Positions 18,874-29,300 of a stretch of 32,143 nucleotides of DNA are shown piece after piece. Made by a program: the position numbers and the translations under genes. Source of the DNA: a virus (Duplodnaviria > Caudoviricetes); the IMG/VR virus record IMGVR_UViG_3300025103_000092, positions 1-32,143 of that record, one strand, 5' to 3'. Positions within the stretch are counted from its first letter, which is position 1; each line of letters starts with the position of its first letter. The notes under the pieces were generated by a model. It had not been told where the DNA came from and made no database searches. It saw nothing but the letters and a program-made list of their open reading frames with translations.

Positions 18874-20406
18874 ATGGCGAGAGCAATACCAGGCAGTGCG
18901 GAAATCTTAGCCATCTATGGCCACCGCCCAAGAAACAGGATGGAGTTCGCCCAGCGAGAAGAGCGGCCCCATCCGCTGGCCACTCTTGAGACCGTCGTCC
19001 AGTCTCCCCTGATGGACCTGGCCGTGGCGGGCATCTCTCGCGGCATGGACGAATACGACTACAGCCAGCGAGTCAAGGCGGAGAAGGCGCGGGTCGATGC
19101 CGCCAACCAGGGACGCAAGGAAGAGCTTGGGGCCATCCGCGCAGAGCGAGAAGAGCTAGAGTCCAGGCTGGGCGCTATCCCGCCGCAGTACATTGAGAAC
19201 GCGGTTGCTGCAGGGCAGGCAGGGTTTACGAGCCCCGCTCCTCCTGGCGTCGAGTACCTGGAGAACGTGGGGCCAGCGGCATACCCCATTGGCCAGATTG
19301 GATCAGAGAGCAGGGACGTCACCGGCTCTCCCCATGGAGACTTCCAGAGGCAGGTGCCGGTCATGGGCATGGCGCAGCCAAAGCCTGCCGGCTGGGGCAA
19401 CTACACCTATGAGCAGATCCAACAGATGCTCTCCGACCAGAAGCGCCTTGAGGAGGCAGAGGGTAAGATCGCCCCTGCAGCCCAGGCCCGGTTCATCCCC
19501 AGGACGAAGGAAGAGTTCATCATCGCCATCCAGCGCGAGAAGGACCCCGACCGACGCCTGGAGCTTATCCAGCAGGCACGCAGCGCAGTAGACATGCAGC
19601 CCACTAGCCTGCTTGAGGCTGTCGGTGGCGTGAAGGGCCGCGAGGCCCAGGCTGCGGTCCACAAGGCACAGCAGGATGCAGACAAGGCAGAGGCCGCTGC
19701 CGCCGCTGCTGAGGTAGAGGCCAAGCTTGCCGAGCGGGGCATGAGGGTCAAGGAGAAGGACGAAGCGTCCAAGTCTGCCAAGCGCAGGGCTGAGGCCAAG
19801 AAGATCAACGCAGAGGCCGACAAGCTTGCCAAGGACATTGAGAAGATCGCCCGTCGAGCCAAGGCCAACTCCGCTATGGGCAAGGCCAACGCGGAGTTCT
19901 ACAGGCTTGTGGGGGAGTACGGAGAGCCAGGGGCCTCGCTGGCCGAGAAGATCCAACTCGCATACGCTGACGGTGGCAGCGATGAACAGCCCGGTTTCCA
20001 AGACAGGCTTAAGGCGAAGATCGGAGACAAGGCCAACCGCGTGTACGTGAAGATGCTAGACAAGCACCCTCACCTGAAGAAGCTAGGCAGCAAGGGCGAA
20101 GACTCAACCCTCAAGACAGAGCAGGCCATCCGCAAGGAGCAAAGAAAGGCGCAAGCCGACCTGGCCGGTGCAGAGGCCAGGGTGCTGGCTCTTGAGGGCG
20201 CGGATACCATAGACGAAAAGGCGCTTGCGACTGCGCGGGGAGACCTGGCAGGGGCGCAAGAGGCGGTCAACCAGGCTGGCGTCGACCTTACCCTCAGCAG
20301 AAACCCAGGCGCATACGACGAGAACCTTCAGCCAACCCGAAAGAAAAAGAAAGGGACGGTAGACGTCCCGGGCGTTGGCCGAATCCCCGTCACCCTTGGC
20401 GAGTAA
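18874..20406 (+). CDS. Putative ejection protein (coiled coil)
   Basis: A/E/K-rich coiled coils; GAGG RBS; position in the podoviral ejection block. Confidence 0.55.
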   Translation: MARAIPGSAEILAIYGHRPRNRMEFAQREERPHPLATLETVVQSPLMDLAVAGISRGMDEYDYSQRVKAEKARVDAANQGRKEELGAIRAEREELESRLGAIPPQYIENAVAAGQAGFTSPAPPGVEYLENVGPAAYPIGQIGSESRDVTGSPHGDFQRQVPVMGMAQPKPAGWGNYTYEQIQQMLSDQKRLEEAEGKIAPAAQARFIPRTKEEFIIAIQREKDPDRRLELIQQARSAVDMQPTSLLEAVGGVKGREAQAAVHKAQQDADKAEAAAAAAEVEAKLAERGMRVKEKDEASKSAKRRAEAKKINAEADKLAKDIEKIARRAKANSAMGKANAEFYRLVGEYGEPGASLAEKIQLAYADGGSDEQPGFQDRLKAKIGDKANRVYVKMLDKHPHLKKLGSKGEDSTLKTEQAIRKEQRKAQADLAGAEARVLALEGADTIDEKALATARGDLAGAQEAVNQAGVDLTLSRNPGAYDENLQPTRKKKKGTVDVPGVGRIPVTLGE

Positions 20407-20410
20407 TGTA

Positions 20411-23400
20411 GTGGCGTATGACATCACACTTAACGACGGGACCGTGCTCCACTTTGAGAAGCCGCCGTCTGCAGAGCAGGTGTCCAAGACCGTAAAGGCC
20501 CTGGTAGACAACGGCGACATTGACCCAGAGAAGATCGTCGAAAAACCAGAGATGCAGTACCCAGCCCAGCCGCTCACCCGGCGCCAGCTAGCCACGCTCC
20601 CTGAAGAGGCTGCCATTACAAGCGGGACCCCCGGTTACTACAAGAGCCCTGGCCCCATCCCATCCAGGGAGGGCTTCCGCAGGGCAACCCTGACCACGCC
20701 CACCGGGACCACGGGGCCAGAGAGGGGCGAGAGCATCCTTGGCGTTCCGATGCCTGCTGCGTTGCTCCGGGAGGCTGGCGGTGCGTTTGAGGCAGCGGGG
20801 GAGCCCGACGTCATCACCACCGCAGAGCGAGCCATGCAGCGTGCGGATGTTAAGAAGAAGCTTCCGACCCAGGGGGCTTTCTCTCGTGACCTTCGGGAGA
20901 TGAATCCGTTTGCTGACCAGGTGGAGGACCCGGAGGTCATGTACGGCCCATCGGGCATGCAGAAGAAACAGCACGGGGAGTTCCAGGGCGTCTCTCCTGG
21001 GATCGGCACGGGCGTGACTGGGGAGATCGCCGGATGGTATGCGTCCCTGTTCCGTGACCCGGTCGGAGTATTCGGCACCGACCCTGTCGAGGCAACGCTA
21101 GAGGTTGTTACATCAGGGCCTGTGCTCAAGGCTCTCAAGGGACTCATGGGAGCAAGCAAGGCCGCCAAGGCCAAGAAGGCGGCTCAGGGAATACCAGACA
21201 CTCCCCCTCCACAGGCCGCCGTCAAAGCATCCCCTGTGGCTGAAGAGGTCGAGGAGGTTGTCACCGCCGCGCCAACGCCGACCAGCACCACCCCGCCTGC
21301 CGCCCCTGCGGGCGACGATGTGATGGACAGCTTTGAACAAGTGATGACAGCGAACGTCGCCGACATTGAAGCGGTGAAGCGGGGGGTCATCCCTGGCGGA
21401 GACCCTCTGCCCGTCCCTGTTAGCAAATCGTTTCAGCAGGCGGTTGACCAAGCCAAGGGCGATGGCATCCTTGATCGAGTCGAGGTGTTGATCGACGACG
21501 TGAACGCCTCGCCTCGCCCGCTGTCGGACGCGGAGGGCGCTGCAGTGATGCTGCATGGACGCAGCCTGCAGGACCAGCACATGGCCGTTCAGGGGCGCAT
21601 CAAAGAGTTCGTGATGGCTGACCGTCTTGAAGAGGCGGCGCGTCACGCTGAGGACCTGGCCCGCATCGAAGAGGACTTCTACAACACGATGTCCGCCCTG
21701 CGCCGCAGCGCATCCGAGCGGGGCCGTGCCTTGAATGCCCAGAAGATGATGATCGGAAAAGACTACGACGTCATCAGCATGAAGGCCAGGGCGGTGGCTG
21801 CACGCGGCAAGAAGCTATCACCCAAGGAGGCGAAGAACATTGAGCGGCTGGCGAAGAACATCACGGACTTCACCAAGGCTGAGGAGGCGATCTTAGACCG
21901 CATCGCCAAGCGGATGGGCAAGGAGCGCGGAGAGCTAGACATAGACGTGAACGGGTTCCCGCTTGATGCAACGAGCGAGGAGCTTGCGAGCCTTATGGCT
22001 CAGCGCAGGCTGGCTGTTGAGTTGAAGATGGCTGCAGACATGGCAGACCTGAAGGCCAAGGACAGGTCCGGGTATTACTGGAACCTCATGCTGGACCTCG
22101 CATCAACGCCCAAGATGCTCCTGGCCTCTGCTGACCTGTCTGCCCCAGGGCGTCAGGGGCTCGTCCTCCTGTCTGGCGACAACTCCATCGCAAACAGCCG
22201 CAAGGTGTTCGGGGATATGTTCGGTGCGGTCAAGGGGTCTAAGGATGAGGTCGCGACGAAGGCGGTGCGGGCTGGCGACCAGTACGCATACAAGGCCCAG
22301 CGGGAGATCATCAACGGAGACGTTGCTGGCTTGAGCGGCAAGGAGCTAGCCCTCTCTCGCCTAAAGGCTGACGCTGCCAAGTCAGCGGGCATCGACTACA
22401 CATCCATTGGCAGCAGGCTTGACCCCCAGGGCATTGGCCCCGGAGGACGGCTGCGGAAATCGGAGGAGCAATTTGCTGGCAACGTGTTCGGCGACCGTGT
22501 CCTTCGCCGCATGTACAACGAGACCGACAAGGGCGCGTTAGCCGAAGGCATGAAGAAGCTCAATGCGTATGGCGAGTTCTCTGAGCGGACGTATTCGTTG
22601 CCACTCAACCGGCTACGCAAGGAGAAGTTCCTACAGCTAACCGGCCTGGACGAGGCCAAGACAGCGCAGGAGGTACGGGATGTCCTCAAGGGGCTTGGGC
22701 CTGAAAACCTCAAAGAAATCGCAGAGATGATCAACATGGCGACAGGCCGAACCAAGCTCCCCGCTGGTCTGGACAAGGCCGCGTCGATGACTCGCATACT
22801 GAACGCCGTCTTCTTCAGCCCGAAGTTTACCTGGTCCCGGGCCAAGACGTTGTTCCGCCCCCTTGTTGGTGCCAAGCGCCTAGCGAGCAACGCAGCGGGC
22901 AACCATGTGAATACGGTGGCTGCAGAGATGAAGCTCATGAGGGAGCTAAGGACGGTGGGGCTGAAGTGGGGCGCAGCGATGTCCCTGTTTAATATGATCC
23001 TCCCGGAGGACGAAGGGGTAAGCATGGACCCCTCCTCCGCAGACTTTGGGAAGGTGCGAATAGGCAACACCCGGTACGACACCACCGGGGGGCTGGCTAC
23101 CATGTTCCGCCTGATGTACCGGCCCACGTCTGCCGTTGCCATGAAGGAGAACCAGAAATACGGGCAAGGGGTTGGCGCTCAGATACTGCAGTCCACTCGC
23201 AGCAAGCTGTCCCCCTTGGCATCCAGGGCGGTAGACCAGATCGCAGGATCTGACTTCAAGGGAGACCCGGTGGACTGGTCACCCTACGGAGTGGCGACTG
23301 ACGTGGCCGTGCCCATCGTTGCCGACGAGACCCTGGACCTGGTGAATAAATACGGGATGGCAGAGGGCCTTGTCAGGCTCGCCCCATCTGTGTTTGGCAT

Positions 23401-23431
23401 TGGGTCCACCGACTACAAGGACAGGAAATGA
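20411..23431 (+). CDS. Large internal virion / DNA-transfer protein
   Basis: Likely GTG start at 20411; YDITLNDGTVLHF N-domain; ASERGRALNAQK; C-terminal SADFGKVRIGNTRYD; about 1000 aa, helical. Confidence 0.65.
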   Translation: MAYDITLNDGTVLHFEKPPSAEQVSKTVKALVDNGDIDPEKIVEKPEMQYPAQPLTRRQLATLPEEAAITSGTPGYYKSPGPIPSREGFRRATLTTPTGTTGPERGESILGVPMPAALLREAGGAFEAAGEPDVITTAERAMQRADVKKKLPTQGAFSRDLREMNPFADQVEDPEVMYGPSGMQKKQHGEFQGVSPGIGTGVTGEIAGWYASLFRDPVGVFGTDPVEATLEVVTSGPVLKALKGLMGASKAAKAKKAAQGIPDTPPPQAAVKASPVAEEVEEVVTAAPTPTSTTPPAAPAGDDVMDSFEQVMTANVADIEAVKRGVIPGGDPLPVPVSKSFQQAVDQAKGDGILDRVEVLIDDVNASPRPLSDAEGAAVMLHGRSLQDQHMAVQGRIKEFVMADRLEEAARHAEDLARIEEDFYNTMSALRRSASERGRALNAQKMMIGKDYDVISMKARAVAARGKKLSPKEAKNIERLAKNITDFTKAEEAILDRIAKRMGKERGELDIDVNGFPLDATSEELASLMAQRRLAVELKMAADMADLKAKDRSGYYWNLMLDLASTPKMLLASADLSAPGRQGLVLLSGDNSIANSRKVFGDMFGAVKGSKDEVATKAVRAGDQYAYKAQREIINGDVAGLSGKELALSRLKADAAKSAGIDYTSIGSRLDPQGIGPGGRLRKSEEQFAGNVFGDRVLRRMYNETDKGALAEGMKKLNAYGEFSERTYSLPLNRLRKEKFLQLTGLDEAKTAQEVRDVLKGLGPENLKEIAEMINMATGRTKLPAGLDKAASMTRILNAVFFSPKFTWSRAKTLFRPLVGAKRLASNAAGNHVNTVAAEMKLMRELRTVGLKWGAAMSLFNMILPEDEGVSMDPSSADFGKVRIGNTRYDTTGGLATMFRLMYRPTSAVAMKENQKYGQGVGAQILQSTRSKLSPLASRAVDQIAGSDFKGDPVDWSPYGVATDVAVPIVADETLDLVNKYGMAEGLVRLAPSVFGIGSTDYKDRK

Positions 23432-23820
23432 GTAAGAGCAAGCCAAGAAGCGCAGCGGCAAAGAGGGCCAAGCAGGAGTACGTGCCGCGCCGAAGGTGGC
23501 CCTCCTACCTTCCCCCTCGCCCCCTTGAGGAGACGTATGACCTCAAGACAAGGCCAGAGGCCAGGGTTGCCGGGGCGACGTCGCCTGACTGGGAGAAGGC
23601 GGTTGGGAAGGCGAGGCACGAAGAGTCCGGCGCGAAGCCCGGTGAGGGCCTAAGCATGCAGGAGAAGGAGTGGTTTAGGCAGGAGGCGAAGGGGTCCCGC
23701 GAAAGCACTGGCCTGGAGAGGGAGGGCGCCCGTCAAGGCAAGACCAAGAAGAAGAGCATGCGGGATAAAGAGCGGATGATCAGGCTTATCAAGTCGCTAA
23801 GAAAAAAAGGGAAAGAATAA
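23428..23820 (+). CDS. Basic hypothetical protein with PRSAAAKR N-terminus
   Basis: ATGA-coupled; K/R-rich; abuts the endolysin start (TAA ATG). Confidence 0.7.
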   Translation: MSKSKPRSAAAKRAKQEYVPRRRWPSYLPPRPLEETYDLKTRPEARVAGATSPDWEKAVGKARHEESGAKPGEGLSMQEKEWFRQEAKGSRESTGLEREGARQGKTKKKSMRDKERMIRLIKSLRKKGKE

Positions 23821-24459
23821 ATGAGAACGCCCCCAAAGCTTTCGGACCTGCATGAGTGGCTGCGCTGGCGAGTCAACGAGTTGGCTGTCACGCACAGCAC
23901 CGCCAACCCTGGCACCGCTATGTGTTTGATCTGGGGACACCGAACCCCTTCAGAGCAGAACACCGCATACAAGGCTGGGCGGTCTAAGCTCGACGGCGTC
24001 AGGAAGTTCAGCCTGCACAACTACCTCCCATCCCTGGCAGCAGATGTATGGGTTTACTCTGGAGCAGACGATGAAGATGACGTCCTCTACGAAGGCCGCC
24101 CTCCAAAGAGTGATGGCCTTTCTCTTGAGCTTCTACAGAAAGGCAGTCTCCGTAGGTGGTACATCCCTATGGGCGGCTTGGCGAAAGATGTCGGCCTTGA
24201 AGCAGGCGCTCTTTGGCTTACGTTTCGTGACGGTCCTCATGTCCAAGTTCCAAAAGCCGAAAGAATGAAGCTCGTTCAGGACGCTCTGAACGCCAAAGGC
24301 TTTGACGTTGGGCCATCTGATGGCATCATCGGCCCACGCACCAAGGCAGCCATACAGAAGGCGAAGGAAGAGAGCGGGTTGACCAAGCCATTCAAGTCCA
24401 GGCTAATGCCTGTCAGCCCCAGCCTCTGGGCATGGCTGCACGGTGAGGGGCTAGCATGA
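23821..24459 (+). CDS. Endolysin: M15-family Zn peptidase plus peptidoglycan-binding domain
   Basis: GHRTPSEQ; SLHNYLPSLAAD (SxH-x6-AxD); DGPHVQ; C-terminal VQDALNAKGFDVGPSDGIIGPRTKAAI (PG_binding_1). Confidence 0.9.
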   Translation: MRTPPKLSDLHEWLRWRVNELAVTHSTANPGTAMCLIWGHRTPSEQNTAYKAGRSKLDGVRKFSLHNYLPSLAADVWVYSGADDEDDVLYEGRPPKSDGLSLELLQKGSLRRWYIPMGGLAKDVGLEAGALWLTFRDGPHVQVPKAERMKLVQDALNAKGFDVGPSDGIIGPRTKAAIQKAKEESGLTKPFKSRLMPVSPSLWAWLHGEGLA

Positions 24460-25226
24460 TTGGGGCTCCTCCGTGGTCGCCGTTTACCAAGACATCTGTC
24501 GGCGGAAAGCCCTGGGATGAGACAACGTCTTACCAGTTTGATGGCGTTGATGATTACGTCTTGGCCAATGGCGCAGCGTCTATCATTGACTTTAACAATG
24601 ACCCTCATAGCGTGTCCGTCTGGTTTAAGATGGCGCCTACATCTGTGGCCTTGTCTGCTATGTGGGCCTTCACCAACTCGGCTGCTGCGAACTCCAGGTA
24701 CTGGATGTCTATCTCCGCCAGCGGGTCGGTTGTTGTCTATGGCTGGGGCAACGTCGGCAGCACCTACCCCATTGGCTCTGGGGGCGCCCCTGTTACGTCA
24801 GGCAGCGGTCTTGATGACGGCGCGTGGCACAACGTAGTCGTCACATACAACGGGTCTAACGCTCTTAAGGTTTACATTGATGGGGGATCTCCCGCCTCGT
24901 TTACGGTCTCGGCAGGCGCGCTTACATCTGACACGCTAGCCTTTGGCGCGCGGCGCCTTGGTGGCGCAACCAGCTACGCAGCTAACGCCCTGCTGTTTCA
25001 GTCAACAATGTACACCGCCGAGGTGAACGCAGACCAGGTCGCGCTAATCTACAACAGCGGCAGGGCATGCAACGAAGCGCTACTGCCCGTTAAGCCGGCA
25101 CACTTCTATCGCTTTGGTGACGGAGACTCATCCTTCCCAACCGTCATTGACTACGGGTCTAGCCCTGCGAATGGCACGGCCTACAACATGACAACGGCGT
25201 CAGTAGTACAGGATGCACCACCATGA
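24456..25226 (+). CDS. LamG / concanavalin A-like lectin domain protein
   Basis: FDGVDDYV; SVSVWFK; DGAWHNVVVTY; VYIDG; LIYNSG; FYRFGDG. Confidence 0.85.
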   Translation: MIGAPPWSPFTKTSVGGKPWDETTSYQFDGVDDYVLANGAASIIDFNNDPHSVSVWFKMAPTSVALSAMWAFTNSAAANSRYWMSISASGSVVVYGWGNVGSTYPIGSGGAPVTSGSGLDDGAWHNVVVTYNGSNALKVYIDGGSPASFTVSAGALTSDTLAFGARRLGGATSYAANALLFQSTMYTAEVNADQVALIYNSGRACNEALLPVKPAHFYRFGDGDSSFPTVIDYGSSPANGTAYNMTTASVVQDAPP

Positions 25227-25429
25227 TTCTGCACTACCGCGTGTACCCAGCAGCCGACGTGGCCGCCCGCATGGAAGAGGCCACCTGCGTCACCACGGAG
25301 CCCAGGTATACCCTGGACGAGACAGAGGCTATCCTCAAGTTCACAGAGCCGGTTGACGGATGGATTGACCACGCCGCAGCCTTGGCATTAGTTCAGACCT
25401 CAGCATGGCAACAGGAGCCAGACCAATGA
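25223..25429 (+). CDS. Small hypothetical phage protein
   Basis: ATGA overlaps at both ends; PRYTLDETEAILKF...ALALVQTSAW. Confidence 0.7.
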   Translation: MILHYRVYPAADVAARMEEATCVTTEPRYTLDETEAILKFTEPVDGWIDHAAALALVQTSAWQQEPDQ

Positions 25430-25794
25430 GCACAGGCGTATCATCAAGACAGGTGTCTAACTTCCCGGTGGTCAACGGCAACTTCGTTATCGTGAAGCTA
25501 GCCGCTGCCACATTCGCATCCAACACCAGCCTGCTTGACGCAGTGGTGGCGCAGGTTGCGTCGATCGCCAACACACTCAGTCGTCCGTGGCCAAGGGCTC
25601 CCAAGGCCCTGGTCATTGGCAACCCGCATGCAACCGCTGTCGTGTATCTATACAGCGCGAGCGGAGGACACGCCACCACCACCGGCCTCCCCATCCCCGC
25701 TGGCCAGAGCCTATACCTTCCCATTGATGAGGGCACGGCGGATGCGCTTCAGTACGAAGCGGCCCAGGATTTCTCTGTGGCGGTCTACTTCTGA
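25426..25794 (+). CDS. Small beta-rich virion/decoration-like protein
   Basis: ATG 25426 with AGGAG RBS; LVIGNP..AVVYL...GLPIPAGQSLYLP. Confidence 0.6.
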   Translation: MSTGVSSRQVSNFPVVNGNFVIVKLAAATFASNTSLLDAVVAQVASIANTLSRPWPRAPKALVIGNPHATAVVYLYSASGGHATTTGLPIPAGQSLYLPIDEGTADALQYEAAQDFSVAVYF

Positions 25795-26075
25795 TGGGTG
25801 AAGAGTTCATCGGCAGCTTGATGGAGCAGGGGGTCCTTGGGCTTTTCTGCACCTTCCTTATCTACCTGCACACGCAAAGCGACAAGCGCATGCTGCGGCT
25901 GGAGAAGAAGCGTGAGGCTGACCAGAAGGAACTCGACAATGTGCTGGACAATGTGGCTGCCATGGTTGAGCAGATGCTTCGCATCATCAAAGAGAAGGCA
26001 GCGGATGAGAAGCTTGAGAAGCTAGTGCGCCAAGGGACTCGCATCCCTGCCAAGACAAAGACGGAGCCACGCTGA
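25794..26075 (+). CDS. Holin-like membrane protein
   Basis: LMEQGVLGLFCTFLIYL transmembrane segment followed by a coiled coil (BhlA-like layout). Confidence 0.55.
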   Translation: MGEEFIGSLMEQGVLGLFCTFLIYLHTQSDKRMLRLEKKREADQKELDNVLDNVAAMVEQMLRIIKEKAADEKLEKLVRQGTRIPAKTKTEPR

Positions 26076-26374
26076 TGGAATACGTTATCCCTGCCCTGAC
26101 AGCCATGTGTGGCTTCTTCTTCCTGATGTGGAAGAGGGCCACTGCAGAGAGCGACCGTGTTGAGCGCCGTGCCAAGGCCATGAGCGCAGCCACGAAGTCG
26201 CGTGTGCATACGTCTCAGATCATGCAACAGGCTATCGACCTGCGTAATGAGAAGATTCAGGAACTAGACAAGAAGCGGTTGGCAAAGAAGCGTGAGCTTC
26301 AGATCATCGCCCACTCACTAGCCAAGACCAACGGTCCAGCCGACGTGGCTGCCGCATGGAACCAGGAGCAATAA
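26075..26374 (+). CDS. i-spanin-like protein
   Basis: N-terminal TM (YVIPALTAMCGFFFLMW) plus KR, then coiled coil; follows the holin-like gene. Confidence 0.5.
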   Translation: MEYVIPALTAMCGFFFLMWKRATAESDRVERRAKAMSAATKSRVHTSQIMQQAIDLRNEKIQELDKKRLAKKRELQIIAHSLAKTNGPADVAAAWNQEQ

Positions 26375-26375
26375 G

Positions 26376-29300
26376 ATGGCAAGGAAGAAGGCACGCAGCG
26401 CAGCGGCGAAGAAGAAGAAGGCAGCCGCCCCCAAGACACCGACCGAAAGCAAGACCGGGAGCAGCAAGATGGCGCGCAGCGTACACAAGAAATACGTTCA
26501 TACCTTGGCTCAGGAGATCCGAACGGCGCTCCGTCCGCTGGAAAAGATGTACCAGGACAGTGGAGGAAAGCACCGCAGCGCCGAGGCAAAGAAGGCGTAC
26601 AAAGATTTCTTCTCTGAGTACGAGGCCTTCAAGAAGACGACCGGCGACAAGGGCACGATCGACAAGCTGTCCCAAGAGCTTATCAAGAAGATCGACACCG
26701 AGACCGTAGCCGCAAGACATCACATGTCTGCCCTTCGCCTCAAGCGCAGCAAGCAAGCCGGGGATGACCTGAGGGCCATCGACGCCAAGGCGGTTGCTGA
26801 CGCAGAGGCCAAGCAGGCCCAGGCCAAGCCAGCACCAGGGGGCGTCGACCCTGAGGCGGCAGCGGATGCCAAGGCCGAGGTGGTGGAAGAGCGAACCGCA
26901 ACCAAGGGCGAGCGAAAGAAGTACGCGCCAAAGCAGGACACGTTTGGCCCGGAGAAGGGCAGGATGCGAGCGGGCCTGGTGAAAGCGTATGCCGAGGCAC
27001 ACCCCGATGCACTCAAGGCGGCTAAGGAACTGGCAAAGAGGGCAGGGTTTAAGTACGCCGACCAATCCCTTGCGTCTCAACTCCACTACCTGGTCGAGGC
27101 CGAGGGAGGGGGAGCCACTGGCAAGGCCAAGATGTTGAAGTGGGTCAAGTCCACGAAGGGAGGGACGGTAGCCACCACCCCCGCCGCCACCACCCCGCCG
27201 CCCGCATCCGAGCCAGCCACGGTACTGGACCCGGACGCGGTAGAGAGTGCGAAGGCCGCCACAAAGCACGTCTCCCGCAGGGACATGGCGACCACGCTCA
27301 AGTTCGTATCCGAGAAGACGGGCCGCTCAGTGGCGTCCCTGAAGAAGGCAGCGGCGAAGGCGAAAGGGGCAGACAAGAAGTACCTCGCCAGCCTGCTCAC
27401 CCCAGAGCAGTTGGCGGAACTCAACCCCAAACCAGGCGAGACAAGGGCCAAGCCACCGTCCAGCCCTAAGACTAGGAGATCCGGCTTCCCGGGCACCGGC
27501 AAAGGCAAGACGTGGTGGCCCGATGCCGACCCGTTGGATACAGCCCCTGGGGCGGATAGGCGCGCCATGATTCGGGGCACATTCAGGGATGAGATGGGGC
27601 CGGAGTTGGGGGATAAGAAGTACGAGGAGTGGAAGAAGCCAGCGGCAAAGCAGGACGCCGAGCGTCGAGCCGAACTCAAGGCTGAGGATGATGCTCTGGA
27701 TAGGAAAGAAAAGCTCGCGCGAAAGAAAGAAAGGGCGAAACTAGACGCCAAGATCGCCGAGTCCAAGACCCCAAAGGCGATGAGGGAACAGGCGGACGCG
27801 CTAGAGGCCCACGCCAAGAACCGATTACAAGGCAAGAATGCCCAAGGGAGGCCCGCCCGGATCCTTGAGGAGCCAGGTGGGTTTTCGTCGTCGCGGAACA
27901 ACAAGGAGATGGCTGCTCGGATGTTGGCGGACGCGAAAGACCTCAGAGAGCGGGCAGCCGAGGCAGAGTCCGGCAAGCCCAAGCCCAAGGCCAAGCCCCT
28001 GACTGACAGGCAGAAGGCGAACCTGGCGGCCAGGGAGGAAGCGGCCAGGAGGTTTGTAGCGGAGGAGCCAGGGCGAATCGCAGCGCATGCGAAAAAGAAA
28101 GCGCGAGCACAGGCGTCCAGGCAACGAATAGCCAACCAGGCCAGCGTGTATACAGAGGGCGGAGTGGCTGACGCCGAAGAGGTCAGGACCCTCAAGGGGC
28201 AGCGAAGGGTGGACAAGGAAGCGGCCCTTAAGGCTCAGTTGGAGGAGGAGGGAAGGGCCAAGTGGCAGGAGCCGACCGAGCGGCAGGAGAAGAGGGCGAA
28301 GAAGAAGCAGGCCAAGGCCGAAGCCCAGGCAGAGAAGGGCAAGGGCAAGGGCAAGTGGCAGGAGCCTGAGTACAAACCCAAAGACCCCACCGCAGGCAAG
28401 GCGCTGGAGAAATCCAAGACCCCTCACAAGGGGAAGGTCAGGGCAGCCGTTGCCCAGTCGCTAGGCATAGACAACGTGGATGAGTTGCTAGGCGCAGACT
28501 GGAACTGGGATGACCTAGCGAAATACATGGATGACGCAACCCGGACAGGGTCAAAGGCCAGCAGGCTCGCTGGGCATGGGGCCAAGGCCGCGAAGCTCGT
28601 CTCCCAGGTGGCGGGCGCAATCCCCCCCGGTGCAGCGCGAGTTCTTGGTGGCGTCCTTCGCTACGCTGGACCTGCCGGTACGGTGTATGAGGCAGCCCGC
28701 ATGGGCTACAACATCAGCGAGAAGGGGTTGGTCGAGGCTCTCCGTGATGAAGAGTCAAGCTGGATGACTGGCGTAGACAGGGGCAAGCTAGACGCAGGCT
28801 TGCGGGCCGCAGATAAGCGAGCCAGGGTCAGAGCAATCGCTACCAAGGCAGCCACCACCCCGGGCACCAAGGACACCAGCGAGTGGGCTCGCAAGAGGAA
28901 GGCGAAGCTGGCAGAGGAGGGCAAGCAGAAGGCGAGCATCAAGACAGGCTCCGCTGGCAAGTACAACATCTCCAGGAAAAGCGAAGCTGGGCTGGCGGAG
29001 AGCGCGCGCACTGGCCACGTCCCTGCTGAGTTCAGGAAGAAAGGCAAGAGGTACAAGGGGTCCCGCACCAAGGGGGAGATCGACGCCGCAGCCAGGCAGC
29101 GCGCCATCGCAAGGGATAAGGCGAAGAACCTCCCGTTCCTCAAGCGCGTGCTCAAGCGAAGGGGGGAGGCGAGCAGGGAGAAGGCCGCGTCCGATTACGA
29201 GCGGCGGGTTACGCGTGAGTCGTTGCGTGGCACTGAGCCCACCAGGGCGGAGAGAAAGGAGGCAGCCCGCAACGAGGCCGAAGCGGCGATCAAGCGCATG

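Noticed and set aside
20375-20410. Upstream TTG start for the large ejection protein; similarly extended starts at 2587, 2918, 3360, 7746, 29757 and 31580
   Set aside because: Downstream starts with RBS and/or stop-start coupling fit better
23800-23823. A7 slippery run and in-frame TAA-ATG junction before the endolysin
   Set aside because: The -1 frame ends after a short extension, and there is no evidence for read-through
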